A DNA stretch of 64,000 nucleotides, taken from positions 22,258,001 to 22,322,000 of the forward strand of contig NC_045713.1 in NCBI RefSeq assembly GCF_009834535.1. Reading direction: 5' to 3'. This document shows, one piece after another, positions 24,650 to 64,000 of the stretch. The notes beneath the pieces are model-generated. The model was not told the origin of the DNA. It searched no databases and saw only the letters and a list, made by a program, of their open reading frames with translations. Numbering within the stretch: the stretch's first letter is position 1; each line of letters starts with the position of its first letter. The DNA comes from Camelus ferus (taxonomy: Eukaryota). A program made the translations under genes and the position numbers.

Positions 24650-25810
24650 AATGGCAGGAATATTTGCTTAGAATATATCTGATAAGGGACTGATCCAAAA
24701 TAGAAAAAAAAACCTTACAACTCAAAAATAAAGAGACAAATAATGAATTGAAAACTGGACGAAAGGCTAATAGACATTCCTGTAAAGAAAACATACAGAT
24801 GGCCAATAATCACATGAAAAAATGCTTAACTCATTAGTGAAATTCAAATCAAAACCAAAAAATGATAGCACATCACACCCATTAATATGACTATAATAAA
24901 AAATTCTAACGTTAAACCCTAACCCTAACCTTACCTACACTTACTAGAACAGCTATATTAAAAAGACAAGATAACAAAGTGTTGGCGAGGAGGTGGAGAA
25001 ATTNNNNNNNNNNNNNNNNNNNNNNNNNNNNNNNNNNNNNNNNNNNNNNNNNNNNNNNNNNNNNNNNNNNNNNNNNNNNNNNNNNNNNNNNNNNNNNNNN
25101 NNNNNNNNNNNNNNNNNNNNNNNNNNNNNNNNNNNNNNNNNNAAAAACCTGCATCCACACAAAAACTTGTACCATGGTCACAGCACCACTATTTGTAATA
25201 GCCCCAAAGTGCAAACAACCCAAATGTCCTTCAGCTGATGAATGGGTGAATAAAATATGGTAGAATCAGTGCAATGGAATAGTATTCAGTCATAAAAGGG
25301 AACAAAGTACTGAATAGGTGAGTGAGCCTTGAACAAATACATATTGTATGATTCCATTTATATAAATGGCCAGGATAGGCAGATCCTTGGAGACAGAAAG
25401 TAGATGAAGTTGTCTAGGACTGGGGTGGTTGGAGGATGTGACTGCTAATGGATATGGGGTTTCTTTTGGGGTGATGAAATTTTCTAATTGTGGTGATATT
25501 TGCATAACTCTCTGAATATACTAAAGCCCACTGAGCTGCACACTATTAAAAAATTTTATTTAAATTTCTCCTTCATTTACTAGGGATATTTTCAATAGAG
25601 ATTCCAGGTTAGCAATGTTGTTTTATTCTATTTTACCAGCACTTTTGTTGTTAATGGAGGTACTGGAGATTGAACCCAGGACCTCATGTATGCTAAGCAT
25701 GCACTCTACCACTGAGCTATTTCCCTCCCCACTGAATGGCACACTTTAAATGGGTGATATGTATGGTATGTGAATTTTATCTCAATAATGCTGTTGAAAG
25801 ACTGGGTAAA
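24650..25810 (+). mobile_element. Old L1M 3' fragments, sense, containing a SINE
   Basis: acagatggccaataatcacatgaaaaaatgct, gccccaaagtgcaaacaacccaaatgtcc and ggtatgtgaattttatctcaataa; ends approximate. Confidence 0.7.
25655..25730 (-). mobile_element. tRNA-Ala SINE, short form
   Basis: tggaggtactggagattgaacccaggacctcatgtatgctaagcatgcactctaccactgagctat. Confidence 0.85.
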
Positions 25811-27672
25811 GTCATTCATCTCTCTTTATTCTTCTTTTCCAAAATGGTTTTGGCTGTTCTGACTCCTTTCCAGGTGAGTTTCAGGGTTAGTCAGAGTTAT
25901 CTGCACAAAAGTCTGCTGGACTTTTTGCAGAATCAGAGGAACACATTTCCTGGGTAGAGAGATCAGAGACATTCTGCTGAACTATTCTTGGAGAAAACTG
26001 TGAGGCTTAGATAAGCCCTCTGATTGGAAACCATGTGTACACTCAAGCAAGTATTGAGAACCTTCTGTATGCCAACACAGTGCCTGGCATTTTATTGTGT
26101 TACGGTGCTCACTTCCACACCTGAGATTGAGTTGATGTTTGAGGGCAGGGGTAGCGACTGATGGATGCTGAGCTGACAGGCAGGTGTTATACCCTGGTGT
26201 TTGGTTCTGCCTGTGGCCTGGAGGCCAATTCCAGGCAGCACTGCCGGGTCTCTCTCCTTCCTGTCTCTCCCTACTTACATTTCACAACCTCCCCTCTCTT
26301 CTTAAGTGACAGAATTTCCCTCTTGCAGGGATGTGCCCACCCTCCATTGGCCTTATGCTTGTCGCTCATTTTCCTGGGCAGTGTTGCTCTGCTGACTCTG
26401 GGCCCCACTTGTTCACAGAGACTGTGGCTTGCCCCTCTCAGTTCCTTCCTAGATGGACAGGATGAGCCTGGTGCTTCCTGGTCACCTCTTGCTGTCACTT
26501 GATGCAGAAGGAAACCCCAGGGCCACCTGCAGGATCTGGGCCTGCAGGAAGGGTGTGTAAAGTTGTTCCCAAGGCCTCAGCACCTAGAAAGGAGAGAAGT
26601 CAGCAGGGAGAGAGACAGAGATGGACAGGCAGAGAGACAGATTGGCAGAGGAAACAGAATACAGCGAGTGAGACAGAGAAGGCTGAGGGTCAGGTGGAAG
26701 GAAGGTCAGGCAGAGGGAGGGGGTCTGGGGGTCCTGGGTGAGGCTGGAGCTGGTCCTCTGGTTGAAGGTACTAGGTTTGTCCTTGGGGGAAGTACAGAGG
26801 GGTCTCAGTGAGGGAAGTGCCTGGGGGAAGCCCTCCAGCTGCAGTATCTAGGGCCTGTGGCCAGGGACAGCACAGGAGGCAATGACTGTGGACACCAGGA
26901 TGCCTATTCCAGGCTCTCAACATGGGGACGGTCCTCCCCTCCTCTTAGGCCTTAGGGCCTCCTCTTTTCCCCCATCCTTGGCCTCCATAGGAGCCACCTT
27001 GTGTCTGAAACCTCCACGCCCTTCAGGGCATTGGTGTGGGCAGGGGTCCTTTCCTTTTTACCTTTATTCATTGTGAAATATAGACTTATGTCCTAGGAGT
27101 GAATTATTATGAGGCCCATACTCAGACCTCAATCCTCCCCAAAGGTACGCCCTACCCTGACTTACCTCTTGCTTTCAATACCTTTTAACACCAAATATGT
27201 GTCCTCAGGCACTATGGTTGTTTTTGCCAGTTTTTGCCCTGCCAGCCATGCTGGGGGTGTTCCCTGCCATCCCTGTGTTGTGTTTCCTTGTCAGAAGGGA
27301 CCACGAGTTCCCCAGTGTACTGGGGATGGATGTTTGGGTTGTTCGGTTCTTGACTATTATGAACAGTGCTGCCGTGAGCATTCTGTGAGGTACTTTCCTG
27401 GGAGCGGGGCAGCTGGGTCTAAGCCAGTGGGAATTCTCAACTTTAGCAGATAATGTGAGATACTTTCTGGAGCAGCTGGACCAACTCACATGATGTATGA
27501 GGGTTCCTCTTGCCCCACATCCTTCCAAACATTTGGTATGGTCGGTCCTGGTCTTAAATCTTAGCTTTTCTGGTGGGTGTGTAGTAGTTTCTCACGTGGT
27601 CTTAATTTGCACTTTCCTGACACTGATGAGGTTGGGCCTCCGTTCATATATTTACTGTCCACTTAGGTTTCG

Positions 27673-27675
27673 TAT

Positions 27676-27710
<35 letters not shown>

Positions 27711-27758
27711 TTCATTTATTTATTCATTTATTTATTTATTTATTCATTTATTTGTTTA
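27673..27758. repeat. (TTTA/TTCA)n tetranucleotide repeat
   Basis: Directly visible. Confidence 0.9.
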
Positions 27759-28462
27759 GGAGTTCTCATTTCTTGAAGTATCCAGTCATGGCCATTTTTC
27801 TACAGTGTTGCCAGACTTACTGGTTTATAGGGATTTAAAAAATATTCTGGACATAAGCTTTCTGTCAGTTTCATGTGTCTTATCACCCCCAGGGTCTGTG
27901 GTTTGCCTCTACTTTCTGAATGCTGTTTTTGGTGGAGCAGAAGTAGATAATTTAAATGCAGTCAAATTTAGTGATTAAAAAAAAATCTGTTTAAAAATGT
28001 CGTACCTTTCTATACACAATATCCAAGAGGTAGAAACAATCCACTTGTCCATCAGTGAATGAATGGATAAACAAATTATGTTATTTCCGCAAAATGAGAC
28101 TTTATTCAGCCACAAAAATAAAGCACTGCACTGGTTACAACTCGGACGAACCTTGAAAGCACTATACCAGGAAAGAAGCCAGATATGAGAGGCCATATGC
28201 TGTGTGAATCTCTTTATATGAATCGTCCAGAACAGGCAAATTCAGGAGACAGAAAGTGGATGAGTGGGTGCCAGGGGTTGTGGGGAGGAGGACAGGGAGC
28301 AGTTGCATAGTTTCCTCTTGGGAGGATGAAAATAACCTGGAACTAGTTCATGATCCTGGTTGCACCCATTATGAATAAAGGAAATGCCACCGACTGTTCC
28401 CTTTAAAGTGGTTAATTTTGCATTATGCAAATTTTACCTCAATTTTTTTTCTTTTAGCTTCT

Positions 28463-28578
28463 TTTGGAGGGGTAGGTAATTAGGTTTATTTATTTATTTT
28501 AATGGAAGTACCAGGGATTAAACCCAGGACCTCCTGCATGCTAAGCAGGCACTCTACCACTGAGCTATAACCTCCCCC
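28463..28578 (-). mobile_element. tRNA-Ala SINE, long-tail form, inserted at the end of an L1M 3' fragment (about 27990-28440)
   Basis: gtaggtaattaggtttatttatttatttt...aacccaggacctcctgcatgctaagcaggcactctaccactgagctataacctcccc. Confidence 0.85.
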
Positions 28579-29339
28579 TTTCAATTTTTGTTTAAAAAGT
28601 GGAATAAGAGTTGTGTGCCGAGGTGAAGCCAACTTTCCATGCCACCTTTCTAAGGACTTCACTGTCTTGTCCCTTGAGCTGAGCAGCAGTCCCCGTTGGA
28701 CTGACTGTGTGTGGTGTCGGGTGAGGCCTGCTGTCTGGCTCTAGCTGACCCATATGGAGCACTTTCTAAAGTACTGGGCGTGGTGCAGACTGGATACTCT
28801 TCATGCTGGGTATGCAACCCTCACAGCTCTGCAAGAGTTTTGTTTTATCATCATTTCATGCTTTAAGATAAGGAAACGGAGTCTTGGAAAGTTTACAAAA
28901 CATGATCAAAGTGTCAGTGGAGGAGGGAATCAGCCCCTGCGGGGAGAGGAGACTGAGGTTTGAGATGGGCAAGTCTTTTCTGTTTCTGAGCCTGGGTTTC
29001 CCACCTGACACAAGAAGGTCCTTCCTGAGCCCATGCAGGACTCAGAGCCTGCTGGTCTCTGGGCTGGATTCCAAGCCCCAGACTTGTTCAGAGCTTGCGT
29101 AGCTGGGGCTGAGCTCAGAGAGGCCCTGGTCTCCCAGCAGAATGTTGAGACAAAGTTCTACAGACCCTCTCCCAAGAGCAGCCCCTGGGCAGGGTAAGTC
29201 ACCTTAGGAGTCCTAGTTTCACTGTTTTAACCTCTACCTCACTCGTAAGAATCATGTTCTGCTGCCATGTGATCTTGAGACACAGCAGTGTGAATTCAGG
29301 TGATTAGAGTTACTGTCGTGAGCGAGCGATTCTTCCCAG

Positions 29340-29470
29340 GCAGAAACACTGCAGTGGCAGTGGTGGGTCTGAGATAGGGCCTGCGAGCCCTGCCTGGCCC
29401 TCTGACAGTCGGTCGTGGCTCTATCGGGCCCAGACTGTGTGGCGGGACCGATAAGGCCTGGCCTTCTACA
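29340..29470. promoter_or_regulatory. Candidate MCS-R4 (HS-10-like) erythroid enhancer
   Basis: AGATAG at 29372-29377, CTATCG at 29421-29426 and CGATAA at 29449-29454 in unique sequence between the NPRL3 promoter and HBZ. Assignment is by position only. Confidence 0.4.
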
Positions 29471-30879
29471 CAGCCTCCTGGCCCTGGCCAGGGGGACCCA
29501 GGCTGGGAGGAAGGGTCGAGAGTTTCAGTTTCTAAGAATCCACTTACCTCTAAAAAAAAAGTAGGTTACAAAAGAGTTATTTAAATTTTTTTTAATTTAA
29601 ATTTAAAATGAGGGCATAGAGATGTGGGGTGCTGGCAGGGAAGAGTCTGAGGACATGGCCTGCAGTGAGCAGAGGCTGCCCTGGGCACATCGCTGTCCAG
29701 GAGACCCTTGTTCCCACTTCTGTTCCTGGTGGGGAGCTTGAGGCCCATGGCAGGGCCAGCCTACCATCATTCCCTCTGGCTGCTGATACATGAGTCCTGA
29801 TTTCTGTATCAGCCCAATGAGGCAGAGAAACATGGCCACTGAGGTGCTGTCGGTGAAGGTGGCATGGAATTCAGACCCCTGCTTTCTCCAGTCCTGCCCT
29901 AGACAGCCTACACCTGAGCCCTGTGGGGGTAGCCCGGGAAGGGATGTATCCAGGACTTCTGTGGCCAGGATCTTGGTGACTACACTTCACCGTTCATGGA
30001 TTCCAGTGCTTCTTATAATGAAAAGATATTAACCTATAGAGCCTTCTCCTAGCCCAGACACAGCCAGGTTCTGCGGCCATAGGACTATCTAGTAGGGCAG
30101 CAGCATGTCCAGGGAAGTCGGAGGAAGGACGCCTGAGCCAGAGTCCTGGTTCTCCCTGGACACCTGCAGATTCCCAGTGACCCTGTGGGGAGGCCCATTA
30201 CCACAGTGGGCCATTTCCCCTCAACAGTGGGCTACCCCTTCCCTATCCACACAGCTTCCCAGCCTCACCTCCTGCCCCTCTGCCCTTGTTGTCATTGTAG
30301 GGATGCTCCTGGGAACTGCGGGAATACTCAGAAAACTTTTGATGATACATAAAATCGAAATATACTAGACTGAGAAAAAGGCTTGCAGAATCTGTCACAG
30401 AGGGGAACTAACCCTTAGAAAGAAAGAACAAATCAAAGGACAAACAACCCAGAAGGAAACATGAAGGCAGTTCAAAGACACTGGCAAATAATCAAGTAAT
30501 AGTTCTGCTCCTTAGTAATAATCAGAGAAATGCAACATAAGACATGATTTCCCTTTTTGGAAATTTTGGGAAAAAATAAAGTCAATGCTATGTAGCCCCG
30601 GGCAGGGCAGTACTTTCTTGGGTTCTGTTTGAGACATTTGAAATGCATGTACCCTTCACCTTGGCAGGTCCAACCCACAAATCTGTCCTGCAAAATATAT
30701 GTTTATGTCCGCTTCAGTGAGAGAGGTTACTTCAGCAGTGAACACTTAGTCCTGCATCCAATGCAATTGAGAAAGATTTGGAGACAGTTTCGCAGTAGAA
30801 TGTGCACTACAGTTACCTCCTGGGGAAGACTGGGTGGGGTGGGTGGGTTAATTTTTTTTTTTTTTTTACTTTTTAAAAA

Positions 30880-32090
30880 CAGCTATATTGTGAGATAGAA
30901 TTTATATACCATAAAGTTCATCCATTTAAAGTGTGCAGCTCAGTGGGCTTTAGTATATTCAGAGAGTTATGCAAGTATCACAATTAGAACATTTTTGTCA
31001 ACCCAAAAGAAACCCTATACCCATTAACAGTAACACCCTCCAACTACCGCAGTCCTAGACAACCTAATCTACCTTCTGTCTCCAAAGATTTGCCTATTCT
31101 GGCCATTTATATAAATGGAATCATACAACATGTATTTGTTCAAGGTTCACTCGTGTATCAGTATTTCTTCCCCTTTTATGACTGAATACTATTCCATTGC
31201 ACTGATTCTACCNNNNNNNNNNNNNNNNNNNNNNNNNNNNNNNNNNNNNNNNNNNNNNNNNNNNNNNNNNNNNNNNNNNNNNNNNNNNNNNNNNNNNNNN
31301 NNNNNNNNNNNNNNNNNNNNNNNNNNNNNNNNNNNNNNNNNNNNNNNNNNNNNNNNNNNNNNNNNNNNNNNNNNNNNNNNNNNNNNNNNNNNNNNNNNNN
31401 NNNNNNNNNNNNNNNNNNNNNNNNNNNNNNNNNNNNNNNNNNNNNNNNNNGTGTCCACAGATTCCAGTTTCTCCACCTCTTAGCCAACACTTGTTATTTC
31501 GCTTATCGATTATAGCCATTCTACTGGGTGTGAGGTGGTATCTCTTTTTGGTTTAGATTTGCGTTTCTCTAACAAGCAGTGATGTTTAGCATATTTTCAC
31601 ATGCTTACTGGCCATTTGTCTTAATTTCGAGAAGTGTCTGTTCACGTCCTTTATCCGCTTTTCAATTGGTTACTTGCCTTTTTCTTGTTGAACTGTAAAA
31701 GTTAAAAAAAATTCTGGATACAATTCCCTTATCAGATAAATGACTTGTAAATATTTTCTCCCATTCGGTGGGTGCTTTTTTCAAAAAACATTTTTTATTG
31801 GTTTATAATCATTTTACAAAAATGTTGTGTCAAATTCCAGTGTAGAGCACAATTTTTCAGTTATACATGAACATCGTGGGTGCTTTTTTTAACTTTTGGG
31901 GTGTTATCCTTTAAAGCGTAAAAGTTTTTAACTTGATGAAGTCCAATTAACTATTTCTTTGGTCGCTTGTGCATTTGATGTCATACTTTAGGAACCACTG
32001 CCTAGTCCCAAGTCACGAAGACTCACCCTTGTGTTTTCCCCGTGTTTCACAGTGTTAGCTCTTACACTTAGGTCTTTTATCCACTAACGT
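30880..32090 (-). mobile_element. Old L1M 3' portion, antisense
   Basis: ccataaagttcatccatttaaagtgtgcagctcagt and ttagccaacacttgttattt...gcttactggccatttg; contains an N gap; ends approximate. Confidence 0.75.
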
Positions 32091-32668
32091 GATTTCTTCA
32101 ACCTACTTTATATTTCTAAGTTTGAACTCTCTGCCCAAAGCAACTGTTACTTATATAACCTAGAAAAGTTAAGTTGAACCGAAGGGTTAAACCGACCCCA
32201 GTTTCTTATTCACGTTGCTAGTGGTTCTCTTCTCCCCACACGAGGAAGGAGCGGCCACACGCATGCGCGTGAGCATACCGCCGCAGAGACGGCCTCGCGC
32301 CTGCGCACTCGGCAGCCTGCGCCTGCGCCAACGCCTTCGGTCCGCGCGCAGGCGTCTTCATAGGTTTGCCGGGACCTAGCTCAGAAGTCTCGCGAGTTTG
32401 GCCGGCGCTTTAAGTGGCACGTAGGTTGGTGGACTGTCTGGTACGCTCCGTCAGCCTGGCTCCGCTCACCGCCCCCCTGTCCCCGACGCGTCTTTCTCAG
32501 AGCCTCTCCGCCCCGTCCTGTTCCCTTCGGAGCCCCCAATCCATCACCCGTCTCCCTCGGAGCCCCTCTAGCCCCCGGCCCGTTTCCCTCTACGCGCCGC
32601 CGCCCTTGGCCCATCCTCGGCTCCCCACACCTTCCCTCGCCCCGACCCCTCCCCGGGCCCCTGGCGGN

Positions 32669-63714
<31,046 letters not shown>

Positions 63715-64000
63715 GCCCGAGCTGAGGATGGGGCAGAGGGGCTGCTGCCGTGGGCAGGGGTGCTGGCCTGTCCCCTCCCCATGCGGCCACTGCCCTCTGC
63801 ATCCTCAGTTTCATCCAGTCCTCGAAACAGACTCCACGTCTGAGCTGAGAGGGAGAGGCTGGAGATGGAGGAAGCATCCAGGACTCAGGCCTCTGAGTGA
63901 GACCTGCGTGCTTCCCACAGAGGCTCAGGCCTGAGTTCTCTCAGAGCCCCCTCCCCACCCTGCCGGTCCAGAATGTGAGGCCTGAGTGCCCAGCCCAGAC

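Overview
Mammalian alpha-globin locus from a camelid, most likely Camelus: the alpha chain reads [24 protein letters not shown]...[19 protein letters not shown] and tRNA-Ala-derived camelid-type SINEs are present. The minus strand carries five globin genes in canonical order: 5' zeta (HBZ, ATG 22676), a second intact zeta (ATG 8213), mu (HBM, ATG 6294), alpha (ATG 3886) and a second alpha cut by the left edge (ATG 87). The plus strand carries NPRL3: 12 coding exons are visible (35822-63714) and the ATG exon probably lies in a 140-N gap. The HS-40/MCS-R2 enhancer is clear at about 46430-46650. Candidate MCS-R1, R3 and R4 elements and two strong CTCF motifs are also present. The 11-36 kb region is rich in L1 and SINE sequence. 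I found no wholly new biological system. The most interesting observations are paralog-specific features of the duplicated zeta and alpha genes (conversion tracts, a uORF, promoter motif turnover), a possible recursive splice site in NPRL3, and repeated ultra-short L1 3'-end insertions. Comparisons to human or mouse are from recalled knowledge, not from searches.
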